Below the pieces are notes generated by a model. It searched no databases. It was not told the origin of the DNA and saw only the letters and a program-made list of their open reading frames with translations. The translations under genes were made by a program, and so were the position numbers. DNA of 64,000 nucleotides. Origin: an uncultured virus (IMG/VR IMGVR_UViG_2724679563_000003) (taxonomy: Duplodnaviria > Heunggongvirae > Uroviricota > Caudoviricetes). Location of the stretch: positions 62,001-126,000 of the IMG/VR virus record IMGVR_UViG_2724679563_000003. One strand, written 5' to 3'. Shown piece by piece: positions 29,715-39,862 of this stretch (position 1 is the first letter of the stretch; each line of letters begins with the position of its first letter).

Positions 29715-30311
29715 TTATTTAATTATTCCTAGTTTCCAATTCTTCCTTGTTATTGGTTTATATTGAGTATCACCTACTTCTATTTCATCTCCATTTTTAA
29801 TTATTCTATTATTAAAAATTTTTGCATTTACATTTGGTATATTCCCTTCACTATCTCTAGTAACCATAAATCTAATACAATCATGGTCAACCAATTCTAT
29901 TAATCTTTTACTTCCTTTAAATAGATATCCTTTAAAATTAGTTAATAAAGAATAACAGTAGCAATCTATATTTAAAATATCTACTATATCTGATATTTGG
30001 TTTATTTGTTCTTCTGAAAGAAAATTACATTCATCTATAATAATTGCTTTAATATTTCCTTCAGTATCTATGTATTCCATTACTTTTGTAAAAATATTTT
30101 CATCAGTATCAATCCATTGTGCAGGAATTTTATTTCCATTCCTTGAAGATATGTAACATTCCTCTATGCCTTCTCTAGTGTCTATTCTGCTTTTTAAGGC
30201 TAATACATTCATTTTATTTAGTTTATATGAATTATATTCTCTAATTAAGTCTTCTGATTTTCCAACGCCCATACAAGCAAATATTACGTGCAGTTTAGCT
30301 ATATTAATCAC
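29715..30311 (-). CDS. tdk: Thymidine kinase
   Basis: 'ACMGVGKSEDL', 'IDTR', 'SSRNG', 'IIIDECNFL', 'LFKGSKRLIEL'. Confidence 0.88.
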   Translation of the reverse strand: MINIAKLHVIFACMGVGKSEDLIREYNSYKLNKMNVLALKSRIDTREGIEECYISSRNGNKIPAQWIDTDENIFTKVMEYIDTEGNIKAIIIDECNFLSEEQINQISDIVDILNIDCYCYSLLTNFKGYLFKGSKRLIELVDHDCIRFMVTRDSEGNIPNVNAKIFNNRIIKNGDEIEVGDTQYKPITRKNWKLGIIK

Positions 30312-30967
30312 TCTCCTTTATGTAATTTATTTTCATAATGAAATTTTAAATTGTGTAAATCTATACTTTTTTCTGCATTGTTATTTATTAAATTGTTTTG
30401 TATTTGATGAATTAGAGTGTAAAATTCTTTATGGTTACTTACTCTTAACCCTTTCCATTTGTCATTCCAATGCTGAGAAAAAGCTACAGATATCCCGTCT
30501 TTTCTTTTCCATTCTATTAAGTTGTTTATATTGTCATCAAGCAACACTCGATTATCTCTAGCTAATAATGATTTATCTCCAGTAAACACTAAATCTTTTT
30601 CAACATTTATAAAAGGTAAATATTCTTTTATCCATTTAACTTTTTCACTAACACAATAATCTGAATTGTATTGAGGTAAAGTTATTATTTTAATTTTAAA
30701 GCCTTTTTCATGTAATATTGTAGCAATATTTATTGAATTATTGACAGGGCTGCTTTTATAAAAAGCACCCTTTTCTAATAATAAATTTTTAAAATACTCT
30801 TTACTGGCTTTATTACAATCACTCCACCAATATGATTTATTGTCATTAGGTTTCATATCATCATTAAAATCCTTATTATATTTATTTATAATATATGAAC
30901 TTAGATCATATAATACTTCATCCATATCATAATATATTTCTAATTGCTTAGTCATCTGATACCTCAC
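30308..30967 (-). CDS. 5'(3')-deoxyribonucleotidase (HAD, NT5C family)
   Basis: 'DMDEVLYD', 'EKVKWIKEYLP', 'LLDDN', 'WN'. Confidence 0.88.
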   Translation of the reverse strand: MRYQMTKQLEIYYDMDEVLYDLSSYIINKYNKDFNDDMKPNDNKSYWWSDCNKASKEYFKNLLLEKGAFYKSSPVNNSINIATILHEKGFKIKIITLPQYNSDYCVSEKVKWIKEYLPFINVEKDLVFTGDKSLLARDNRVLLDDNINNLIEWKRKDGISVAFSQHWNDKWKGLRVSNHKEFYTLIHQIQNNLINNNAEKSIDLHNLKFHYENKLHKGE

Positions 30968-31547
30968 TTTCTATACTATCTTCAAAAATTTTCCATAGTT
31001 TTGTAAAACAATCTCCTAGTTTTTCATAGCAGCCTAAACTATTTTCAATTTCTCCTTGGCAGTATTGATTTAAATAACCTACTTGATTTTTAAATGAAGG
31101 TTGATTAATATTAGGTTTAGTTTTAAATCTTATGTCATCAGCCCACCCTACAATACCTTTATATTTATTAGGTTCATATTCTATCATAGTTTTAAATCTA
31201 CTTATTTCTCCACCTACTCCTTCATCTAATGGCAATTTAAGATGTGCTAATACAAAATTACAAGTTCGTAGTTGTGAATTATCTCCTTCTGCTATCATTC
31301 CTCCTGTTATAGTAAAGTCTTCTGTATCTTTCTTATTAAAATCTGCATGTTGTGGTAAGTAATAATCTAAATTAACTTGTTCACATATATCAGCTATTAG
31401 TTCTAATCCTATTTGATCTAATTCACTAAATAATCCTTCAGATGCAATATAAACCTTTGCTTTATGTTTAAAATCATAGTTATCTATAACTTCTTGTAGT
31501 TTGTGTTCCTGAACAAATTCTTTTACTCTTTTTTTAAAGTTTTTCAT
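30948..31547 (-). CDS. Nucleoside 2-deoxyribosyltransferase-like protein
   Basis: 'KVYIASEGLFS', 'YYLPQ', 'D...L', 'DEGVGGEI'. Confidence 0.78.
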   Translation of the reverse strand: MKNFKKRVKEFVQEHKLQEVIDNYDFKHKAKVYIASEGLFSELDQIGLELIADICEQVNLDYYLPQHADFNKKDTEDFTITGGMIAEGDNSQLRTCNFVLAHLKLPLDEGVGGEISRFKTMIEYEPNKYKGIVGWADDIRFKTKPNINQPSFKNQVGYLNQYCQGEIENSLGCYEKLGDCFTKLWKIFEDSIESEVSDD

Positions 31548-31561
31548 AAATTAAATCCTCT

Positions 31562-31790
31562 CTATTCTAAATTTAATTGCTTTTTAATTTCTACTACATG
31601 AAATGGTGTGTCTTTAGGTATTAAACTCTCTATTAAAATACTTTCTTGCTTATTATTTGAAAATGCTTTAATAGTCAATATTTTATCCACATCAAAATTA
31701 TATCCTTTTGTAGTAAAAACTTCTAGGTTATTATTTCTTAGTATATCTGCAATTTCTTGACTTTGTTTTGTTGATTGAGGTAATATCTCC
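31562..31790 (-). pseudogene. 76-aa phage ORF decapitated by IS insertion inside its ATG
   Basis: Open frame EILPQSTK...LNLE* with no start; joining it to 33726 restores GAGG-aattt-AT|G. Confidence 0.75.
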
Positions 31791-32010
31791 TGAACCTCAC
31801 ACGACTAAAGTCGCGTGGTTCTTATTTCCTTAGACTTCCAATATACTCTCATTTATAGGATTTACATTATTTCGATAACCTATATCTTACAACATATAAT
31901 GACTCATCTAATTATAATAAGACTTTTACTACCAAAGACATCATTATGTCCATTAACGATAATATAACGGCTCGGTTCAAAACCATATTTATTAACATTT
32001 AATTATATTC
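31791..32010 (-). ncRNA. Predicted TnpB reRNA/omegaRNA scaffold (guide from flanking DNA below 31791)
   Basis: About 210-nt non-coding region between the tnpB stop and the right-end hairpin; position inferred from TnpB biology. Confidence 0.55.
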
Positions 32011-33538
32011 CCATACTGCTTATTAATTTAATACCGTTTTTCTTTAATTCTTTTAATCTATTTATTTCTTTGTCATGTAATTTTTTAAAATTATTATAAG
32101 TTTCAATACATTTTTCTCTATCTATTTTATCTAATTTCTTACCTGTAACATTCATAATTAAAAATGCACTATACATATCTCTTTGTATCTTTATATCACT
32201 ATTCCATCTATCTTTTAATTCTTTTTTATTATACTCATCTGTGAAATGATTATATTGACTTGCTTTGCACTTCTTAGTATCTATCTTTAGTATTCCTAAT
32301 TTCTCATATTTAAGTTTTCTACTAATCATTTCAATTAACATTGCTGGTGCTTTGTTTGCTAAACTCTTGCCAAATCTTTTCTTTTTGTTATACTTACCAT
32401 TTTTATTAATAGTGGTTTTCTTACTTCTTCTTTGCAAACCTTTATAATTCATAGCTTCAACTAAAATTCTATTACCTAAGGATATTATATAATTAGCCAA
32501 TTTTTCATGACTTTGTTTTCTGATACTAGCTTGTTTCCTTTGTATATCTCTTAATTCATTTTGTATTTTAATGTATTTATTAGATTTATACCATTTTAAT
32601 TTGATTCCTCTTTTTATAGTACCATCTTCATTATAATTATTAAGATTATTAGCTCTACGTTGTCTATCTAATTTTCTTTGCAATATTATTTTTTTATGTT
32701 CTATATTTTCAATTTTTGGACATAACTCCAATAGTTTTACATCATATTTACTTGATATAGCAATAGTTTGAGTTCCTATATCTATTCCTACACTTCCTTG
32801 ACCTATACTACCTTTTATTTCACCAGTTTGTTTATTAATCTTTTGTGGTGGAATTCCTTCCAGTATCAATTGTACGTAGTATTTATATTTACCCCTTATT
32901 AATTTTCTAAGTATTCTACAGTATTTAACTCTATCTTGAATTGCCTTTTGTGCATACAAGTCATTATTTTTAATAATTATAGGAATATTTAATTTATTCC
33001 ATTTAATCGTATTTGTATCTTTATCATATTTTAAACCACTTTTATTCCACTTATTTTCAATAGAATTATATTGACCATATCTACTAAAATATACTTTATT
33101 AGCATCTCCATGTAATAACCTATCAAACTTACTCCATACTCTATCAGCTATTGTTTGTGCTTCTAAGCTATTTATATTACTTTTAAAATGTTTATACATA
33201 GGTTTTATATCTTCATAAAGTAAATATTGTGATAGACTATACTTTAAACATACTTCTTCTAGCTGTTTATACAACCATTTTCTTTGTTTTTCTAAAGACT
33301 TTTTAATCTTTTCATTGTCTGAATTATGATATTTTTTATTAATAGGATTTAATTGTTTTTTAATTTGTTTATATAGTTTAGATTCCATCATAAGATTATA
33401 TCTTTTTAACACTTTTCCTGTTAAGGCATTAGATATATTTCTTGCTATCTCCAACCTTTTATTAATTATATCTTCTTGATATTTTTCTGTATGTAATGAC
33501 AGAGTTAATACATAACTCGGAGTTTTATTTTTCTTCAC
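32003..33538 (-). CDS. tnpB: TnpB-family RNA-guided nuclease
   Basis: RuvC-I 'VGIDIG', RuvC-II 'ILVEAM', RuvC-III 'QRDMYSA'; probable GTG start at 33538 after AAGGAAGTG. Confidence 0.85.
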   Translation of the reverse strand: MKKNKTPSYVLTLSLHTEKYQEDIINKRLEIARNISNALTGKVLKRYNLMMESKLYKQIKKQLNPINKKYHNSDNEKIKKSLEKQRKWLYKQLEEVCLKYSLSQYLLYEDIKPMYKHFKSNINSLEAQTIADRVWSKFDRLLHGDANKVYFSRYGQYNSIENKWNKSGLKYDKDTNTIKWNKLNIPIIIKNNDLYAQKAIQDRVKYCRILRKLIRGKYKYYVQLILEGIPPQKINKQTGEIKGSIGQGSVGIDIGTQTIAISSKYDVKLLELCPKIENIEHKKIILQRKLDRQRRANNLNNYNEDGTIKRGIKLKWYKSNKYIKIQNELRDIQRKQASIRKQSHEKLANYIISLGNRILVEAMNYKGLQRRSKKTTINKNGKYNKKKRFGKSLANKAPAMLIEMISRKLKYEKLGILKIDTKKCKASQYNHFTDEYNKKELKDRWNSDIKIQRDMYSAFLIMNVTGKKLDKIDREKCIETYNNFKKLHDKEINRLKELKKNGIKLISSMGI

Positions 33539-33559
33539 AATATTCACTTCCTTTCTATA

Positions 33560-33700
33560 AATAATACAAGAACTCAATTGACTATTTCAAAAGATTTGAA
33601 AAAGCAACTAGAAGAGATAGCTAAAAAACAAAATAGAAGTTTTAATAATTTAGTTATCACTATATTACAATCATATGCAGGAAATTCATCCCATGACTAA
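33560..33700 (+). pseudogene. 5'-truncated ribbon-helix-helix (Arc/CopG-like) gene inside the IS
   Basis: NNTRTQLTISKDLKKQLEEIAKKQNRSFNNLVITILQSYAGNSSHD*; no start codon or RBS. Confidence 0.7.
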
Positions 33701-33756
33701 AGTCACGGGTGTTCTTTCCTGCCTTATAAATTCCTCATTTATTAAATTGTTTTTAA

Positions 33757-34299
33757 TTAGGATGCAAGTGCTAATTCGTTTTGTAATTCTTCTATATCAA
33801 GTTCTAATTTGTTTCTTTCTTCTAACATTTGATTTAATTTTTCTAGTTTTTGCTGTAATCTAAATTTTTTTAGTTTATTCTCTGTTTCTATTTTAATTTT
33901 ATGTAACATATTAACATCTGTATTTTCTTCTGTTATAGTTTGTTTTTCCACAATATGTGTTATTGTATATTCATGTGTAAGAACACATTCTTCATTTTCA
34001 TAACAATCACCTATCATATTTTCTTTCCATATAAGTTTTATGTTATATTCTGTTTTATTATTTAAATATACAATAATGTCTCCATCAGTATATCCCATAT
34101 CTTCATTTACATATGTAATATAAGCTAATCCATTTTCTAATATATCTTTAAATATGTCATCATGTTTATCTAAATTGGCTATAATTAAGTTATAATAACT
34201 AAACAAGTCTTCATTGCCATTCCTTATAATTTCTTGATATATTCTTTCAAATAAATCTTTTGTAAATTGATTTTTAACTTCTTGTAATTGATTTTCCAT
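33757..34299 (-). CDS. Hypothetical protein with C-terminal coiled coil
   Basis: GGAGGG RBS; follows site B at 34326. Confidence 0.7.
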   Translation of the reverse strand: MENQLQEVKNQFTKDLFERIYQEIIRNGNEDLFSYYNLIIANLDKHDDIFKDILENGLAYITYVNEDMGYTDGDIIVYLNNKTEYNIKLIWKENMIGDCYENEECVLTHEYTITHIVEKQTITEENTDVNMLHKIKIETENKLKKFRLQQKLEKLNQMLEERNKLELDIEELQNELALAS

Positions 34300-34338
34300 T
34301 AAATTCCCTCCAAAATATATTTGTTTAAAACTAAAATT

Positions 34339-34653
34339 TTATAATATTTTGTTCCTTAATTGAATAATTTCTTTAAGCTTATTTCTTCTACATTCTTTCA
34401 AACTTTCTGTCCCTTTATCAACTTGATATTCTACCTCTTCTATTAGCAAAGCAATTCCTTCGTGCAAAAGTTGCTTTTCTCTTTCATTTAATAAATCCTC
34501 ATATAAATAATGGATTTCTTCATCTCCATTACCGCAATATGGACAAATATAGGTAATTAAAACTTCATTCTTTTTAATTCTTCTACAAGACATAACGTCT
34601 GCTTTTTCATTACAGTTTGTACATATTATTTTAATGTTTTCTATAACCAACAC
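34339..34653 (-). CDS. Zn-ribbon hypothetical protein
   Basis: 'CTNC...CPYCG'. Confidence 0.6.
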   Translation of the reverse strand: MLVIENIKIICTNCNEKADVMSCRRIKKNEVLITYICPYCGNGDEEIHYLYEDLLNEREKQLLHEGIALLIEEVEYQVDKGTESLKECRRNKLKEIIQLRNKIL

Positions 34654-34661
34654 CTCTTTTA

Positions 34662-34982
34662 TTATTCTATTTCTTCGACTTCAACTTCTGTTTCATAGGG
34701 ACTATCTTCACTAACAACATTGATATTAATTGTTTCATTAACCTCATCTTTATCGCAAAACCATGGCTTTTCTCCATCAATTAGAGGATTTCCATATCCC
34801 TCTATAAAACCCTCTCCAAACCTAGCTCTCATTTGTGCTATATGTTCTGCATGTTCTTCGTATGTATCAAAATCAAACATACATTCTCTAAAATTTTTCA
34901 TCCATTTTTCGTCCAATTGTTTATCATCTATTTCTATTTCATATTCATCTGTTCTATGTACTACACATTTATATTTTTTCAT
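34662..34982 (-). CDS. Hypothetical phage protein
   Basis: AAGGAG RBS. Confidence 0.7.
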   Translation of the reverse strand: MKKYKCVVHRTDEYEIEIDDKQLDEKWMKNFRECMFDFDTYEEHAEHIAQMRARFGEGFIEGYGNPLIDGEKPWFCDKDEVNETININVVSEDSPYETEVEVEEIE

Positions 34983-35388
34983 AACAAGTCTCTCCTTTAT
35001 TCTTCTACCCTAAATTTTGAATCTATACTAATATCTACTTTTCCACCAATTTCATCTTCTAAAACTTGTTTAACACACTTATCGAGCTGTTCTTTAGGAT
35101 TATCTATCAAATCCTCTTTATCTTTAACTTCGCCTATTGCGGTTAGTTTAATCGTAGCTTCATATTTAGCTTCCATATTATCTATATACCTCCATTTTTA
35201 CAATATGTTATTATAACTATAAGAACTTCTTATTATATCTTCATACACTTCTTCTATTTCTTTTGTTTGAATTTTAAATATCTCATCTATTTCTTGTATT
35301 GCAGTTGCTTTATCTACATTGAATTGTTGCATATAGGATTCTATATCTTGTTCTGACATATAATTCTCCTTCACGTATTATCTTGTAA

Positions 35389-35937
35389 CTAAAGATTTTC
35401 CCAATCTGTATACATAAGTACTTCATAAAGTTTTGTCACCTGTGGACTTCTCCATGCTGTCATGGCATATGGATGAGGATTTTTATAATGATAATTATTT
35501 GATTTAATATGTTCTTTGCATTCTCTTAAAGTTAGAAACATTGTATTTGGTGCAATTTGTTTCTCAATTCTATAATTAACTAAACTTATATTTTCTAAAT
35601 GCAATTCATCATTCATAAAATCAAAAGCATCTCCTATTGTATTCATTGGTTCAAATCCATCAATTAATATTGATCCATTTAAAAATTTAATTGTATATTC
35701 TAAACAGTTGTCATAAATGTAATCCAATAAAAAATCACAAGCTGCTTCTAAAGTATCTCCAATTTCTTCGCTACCATAATAAATTGTTTGTCCTGTAATA
35801 TCAAATCCATCATCAATTCCATATATTTTTACATCTTGTATAACAACCCAAAATCTCGGATTGGCTTGACCAACAGTATCTTGAGTTAACATTTCATGTT
35901 GTAATTGTTTTAGAAAATCTTTATCTTCTTTTTTCAT
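35389..35937 (-). CDS. Conserved hypothetical phage protein
   Basis: 'QDTVGQANPRFWVV...FLTLRECKEHI...YAMTAWRSPQV'. Confidence 0.75.
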   Translation of the reverse strand: MKKEDKDFLKQLQHEMLTQDTVGQANPRFWVVIQDVKIYGIDDGFDITGQTIYYGSEEIGDTLEAACDFLLDYIYDNCLEYTIKFLNGSILIDGFEPMNTIGDAFDFMNDELHLENISLVNYRIEKQIAPNTMFLTLRECKEHIKSNNYHYKNPHPYAMTAWRSPQVTKLYEVLMYTDWENL

Positions 35938-36108
35938 TCTTATCTCCTTATTATTCTTATGTATTCACTATATAACATTGGACTTATAACAAATTCTTGA
36001 AAACAATCCTGACAAACTGTTGAATATACAACTTTGTCGCCTTTTTTATCATATTCAATAATTGGTTTTCTGTTTTTATGATTACACATTACTTTCCATG
36101 TTCTCCCA

Positions 36109-36471
36109 TTACTTAATTTTAAATGGAATATAACTATCGCTTAAACCATTTGTTAATAAAGCACATTCTAATTCTAATTTTGTATTAATAAATTCTCTAT
36201 ATTTTTCAAGTATTTTTAATCCTTCTTCTATTGGTATTTCTGTGAATTTATCCTCGCAACCATAATCACCTTCATACATTATTCCATCTTCATCTACACC
36301 TAATTCTATAGAAAATTTTTCTTTAACTTGTGGGTGAGACACATATATTAATATTCCTGAAAATGTTTCAAAATGGTGTGTTGACTTTAAATCTATTTTA
36401 CAAGTTTTGTTACACTTAATTAGTTCATCAAATGATATATTCATATCAAAATTTTTAGACACTTTATGCAT
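36109..36471 (-). CDS. Hypothetical protein
   Basis: AAGGAAGG RBS preceded by box A and site B. Confidence 0.65.
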   Translation of the reverse strand: MHKVSKNFDMNISFDELIKCNKTCKIDLKSTHHFETFSGILIYVSHPQVKEKFSIELGVDEDGIMYEGDYGCEDKFTEIPIEEGLKILEKYREFINTKLELECALLTNGLSDSYIPFKIK

Positions 36472-36535
36472 TTTATTCCCTTCCTTATTTTAAAATTGTT
36501 TTATATTATAAAATTGAACTTTTATCATATTTTTT

Positions 36536-36937
36536 TCAAATAATTATTTCTTTTATTCTTTGTATAGTTTTGTCAATCATTCGATTTCTACTTAATTCCC
36601 ATTTCTTTTTATCTTCATCATATGGAAATTTATCATTCAATTCACCATAGTTGACCCAAGTTTTTTTATCTTCTAGCAAATATCCGTATTTTTGTCCTTC
36701 TAACCATTTGATTAATTCAATGAATTTTTGATTATTAAAATTAAAATCTTTTGAATGATTGAAGGGTTTGCAAAACTTGCCGTTTATACATCTTGTTGTA
36801 ACTAATATATCTTTACCACAATACTTGCATTTATAAATTCTAATTGTTCTGTTGTCATTCTCAAAATCTTCTGTATTACAATCAGTTGTTTTTGTAAGTC
36901 TTAAAGGATGATGTAATAAACATATTAACTTTTTCAT
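36536..36937 (-). CDS. Hypothetical protein
   Basis: AAAGGA RBS; CxxC. Confidence 0.6.
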   Translation of the reverse strand: MKKLICLLHHPLRLTKTTDCNTEDFENDNRTIRIYKCKYCGKDILVTTRCINGKFCKPFNHSKDFNFNNQKFIELIKWLEGQKYGYLLEDKKTWVNYGELNDKFPYDEDKKKWELSRNRMIDKTIQRIKEIII

Positions 36938-37687
36938 ATTTATTTCCTTTCTTTTAAGTTTTATTAAAATAATTTAAACTGTATAAAAGGTTCTGTTAAC
37001 TTATAGTTGTATTGGGCATTACTTTACAATTTAACTTGCCCTTTAGAATCTGCTTTATCTAATATTTTCTTACACCTTTTACACGTTACCTCTGAAGAAT
37101 TTCCTTTATTAGTTTCATCATCATGTTTCCACATACGATTGCATACACTTGTCATTAAATATTCAGTACCATTCCACATTCTTATACCACAGTGTATAAG
37201 TTTATTTCTTTTAATTAAATTAATTCTACCTTCAAACATATTTTCACTCCTTTTTTTGAATTGCAACTTAATCTAATGTAATAAACACCTTACCATTTTC
37301 ATATTTTGCATCAATCCCTGCCCCACTAACTATTTCTAAAATAGTTTTAGAATGTTGTTCAAACATCTCATTATTTACTGGTTCAAAGCTCTCTTTCCTT
37401 TCGTTGTAAGCATTGATAATTTCATCTGCTGACGGACTTAATTTCTCCATTAACATTATTTGCTCCATAAAATTCATAATAGTTCCACCTTTCATATTTT
37501 AATTTGCTTTATGATTATGCATTCTGATTTCTATATCACTTTTAATGACCTTAGTATACTGATAACAATCACTTTTATCTTTACAATTAGATGTACATAT
37601 TCCCTTACATCTAATGCCTTCTAGATACATTTCTTTAGTAACCATATGTTTTTGTCTCCTTATACTTCATTTTTAACCCTCTGTTTT

Positions 37688-38068
37688 TTAGAGTTCTTCA
37701 CCGCAACTGGGGCAATATTGCCCTGTTTGATGTAATGGTCTTAAATCTAAATCTAATAAATCATTTAAAGTTCCCTTCTCAATCACAACATTAATGTTTT
37801 CATTTATAGTTTTTTCATCTTCGCATTCCTCTGGTATGCCTAAGATATCTATAGGTATTGGTATATCCCTATTATCGTTAAATCTATGTATTTCACTTTC
37901 GTCAAATCTATGTGCGGTTCGCAAATCAGAATTATATCCACCTTCACTTTCTCTGTATCCCCAAAATAGACCCCATTCTCCACCAAATATGCTATTATGC
38001 CTATTACATAGAATTAAATATTTTTTGCCCATTTTATTCCTCCTCACTTTATGACATAATAATTTCAA
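37688..38068 (-). CDS. Hypothetical phage protein with C-terminal CPxC (likely start ATG 38032)
   Basis: GAGGAGG RBS before MGKKY. Confidence 0.65.
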   Translation of the reverse strand: MKLLCHKVRRNKMGKKYLILCNRHNSIFGGEWGLFWGYRESEGGYNSDLRTAHRFDESEIHRFNDNRDIPIPIDILGIPEECEDEKTINENINVVIEKGTLNDLLDLDLRPLHQTGQYCPSCGEEL

Positions 38069-38295
38069 ATTTAGTATTATTCTTCATAAGTAAACTCTGT
38101 TACATTTTCAGCCTTATACACCTTAACCCTTATCACTTTATCCCTAATATCATCCGTGATCGTGTCTATTTTCGCTTCTAGTATTTCTTTACTACTGGCA
38201 GAAACTTCTCTTCCATTACCGTTTTTGAATTTAATCACTCCTAAATAAAACACTTTTATACTTCCTTTCATAGTCATAATTTTTTGAAATACGAA

Positions 38296-38571
38296 CTATC
38301 TTTTATGCATTTCGGCAAAACACTTATGGCAATATCCATCATTATTTTTAAATTCTTTTTCTGTTATTTTTGTATTACAAATATCACAAATCTTTGTTTT
38401 ATCTCCTTCTACATAACTATTTATTTGTTCTAATATTTTTACCTTATTGTTATAGTTGTACAGATTATTTATTATAGAAATAACATCTCTCTTATCTAAA
38501 TTTAACCTTTGTATACCATTATTAACTATTGTTATAAATTCTTTTAAGTCTTCTTTATCCATTTCATTCAT
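38296..38571 (-). CDS. Zn-finger hypothetical protein
   Basis: 'CDIC...CHKC'; AGGAGG RBS preceded by box A and a site-B variant. Confidence 0.65.
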   Translation of the reverse strand: MNEMDKEDLKEFITIVNNGIQRLNLDKRDVISIINNLYNYNNKVKILEQINSYVEGDKTKICDICNTKITEKEFKNNDGYCHKCFAEMHKR

Positions 38572-38636
38572 GTTTGTCTATTCCTCCTATAGATTTGATT
38601 TATTAAATTATTTTGAATAAAATAGTTAATTTATTT

Positions 38637-39107
38637 TTATTCCATATCAATATTATAATTCATTTTTAAAGTTCCTTTTGGTATATATATTTTAATTTTT
38701 CCTGTACCCAAACAAGGCATATCTTTAAGTTTTGGATTTACAAATTCTTTTTTATAAAAAATTATTTTTGGTTTTTCTATATTATTTTCAATCATATAAA
38801 CATTATCATTATTTTTAATCTTTTTTATTTGAGTATTATCATCTTTACAAGTCATATAGTAGTAATATATTTCTCCATTTATATTTCCACTGCCTAAAAA
38901 GAAGTTTCCATTTATTGATTGATTATCTTTAATTGCTTTAATAAAAACAGTAGTGTCTATAACTTCTTTTTTAGATGCATGTATATTAATCATAAAAAAT
39001 ATTAAAATCATTAATATGAAATTTATTAAGCAACCCATGATAAAACCTTTTATTGTTGCTAGTATGTATTCCAAAAGATTAGGATGCCCTATAGTCCAAA
39101 CAATCAT
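38637..39107 (-). CDS. Membrane-anchored hypothetical phage protein (true start probably further upstream)
   Basis: TM segment; 'GNFFLGSGNI...YYYY...IYIPKG'. Confidence 0.65.
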   Translation of the reverse strand: MIVWTIGHPNLLEYILATIKGFIMGCLINFILMILIFFMINIHASKKEVIDTTVFIKAIKDNQSINGNFFLGSGNINGEIYYYYMTCKDDNTQIKKIKNNDNVYMIENNIEKPKIIFYKKEFVNPKLKDMPCLGTGKIKIYIPKGTLKMNYNIDME

Positions 39108-39224
39108 AGATTTAATACAAATAAATATACATATTATCCATACAACTACAGCTACACTTATTTCAATATATTGTATTTTAATTACCTCCTTTTGTTAGAT
39201 AAGGAATGAAATTAATCATTCCTA

Positions 39225-39749
39225 TTACTTAACTCCTGTACTTCCTATTCCACCTCTGTCCTCATTACCTAAGTCTTCTACTTCTATAAACTTTAATATA
39301 GGCATTTTTTCTTGTATTCTAAACTGTCCCATCCTTTCTCCTAATTCAATTTCACCTTCTCTAGTTGCATAAAATATCATCATCCATTCATCATTATTAC
39401 CACAATAAGATTCATCTATAATACCTTCTGAATTAACTAGTAATAGTCCATAGTTTTTAAATGTGCTACTTCTTGGTAACACATAGGCTTCATATCCTAT
39501 AGGTAATTCCATACTAAAACCTAATTTTATTTTTAATACCTCACCTTTTCTATAATAAACAGTTGTTTTTCCATTATGTATTTTTGTAAATAAATTTGAA
39601 TCACTTTCTTCTTTTAAGCCTTTAGTATTCTTTACTACTTTGATATTACAAGCTCTAACGTCTATCCAGTCTCCCTTATCTATTTTCTTTAGCTTCCAAT
39701 CCTCATTGTTATGATGGTATTTAATTCTTACTTCTTTATTCATATTCAC
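39225..39749 (-). CDS. dut: Trimeric dUTPase
   Basis: 'GDWIDVRA', 'PRSS', 'GIIDESYCG', 'GERMGQ', 'RGGIGSTG'. Confidence 0.93.
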   Translation of the reverse strand: MNMNKEVRIKYHHNNEDWKLKKIDKGDWIDVRACNIKVVKNTKGLKEESDSNLFTKIHNGKTTVYYRKGEVLKIKLGFSMELPIGYEAYVLPRSSTFKNYGLLLVNSEGIIDESYCGNNDEWMMIFYATREGEIELGERMGQFRIQEKMPILKFIEVEDLGNEDRGGIGSTGVK

Positions 39750-39811
39750 ATCTTTCCTCTCTTTTTAAAAAATTACTTGTAAGAAATGGGTGTCCAAGCC
39801 TTACAAGTATT

Positions 39812-39840
39812 ATATTACCAAATTGTTTTATAATTGTCAA
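39812..39840 (-). promoter_or_regulatory. Sigma-A promoter with box A in spacer
   Basis: TTGACA-attATAAAACAATTTgg-TAATAT. Confidence 0.75.
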
Positions 39841-39862
39841 GTATTTATTTTAATTTATTAAA

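Larger units (their letters stand above)
31791..33725 (-). mobile_element. IS200/IS605-family derivative (tnpB plus RHH remnant, no tnpA)
   Basis: Subterminal GACTAAAGTC hairpins at 31798-31817 and 33690-33709; left flank TTTAT; right end ...GGTTCA; no target duplication. Confidence 0.85.

Noticed and set aside
31791..33725. IStron (group I intron-IS chimera), suggested by the right end reading ...GGTTCAG
   Set aside because: There is no room for an intron core at the left end (the hairpin runs straight into the RHH remnant), and the G fits better as the G of the interrupted ATG.
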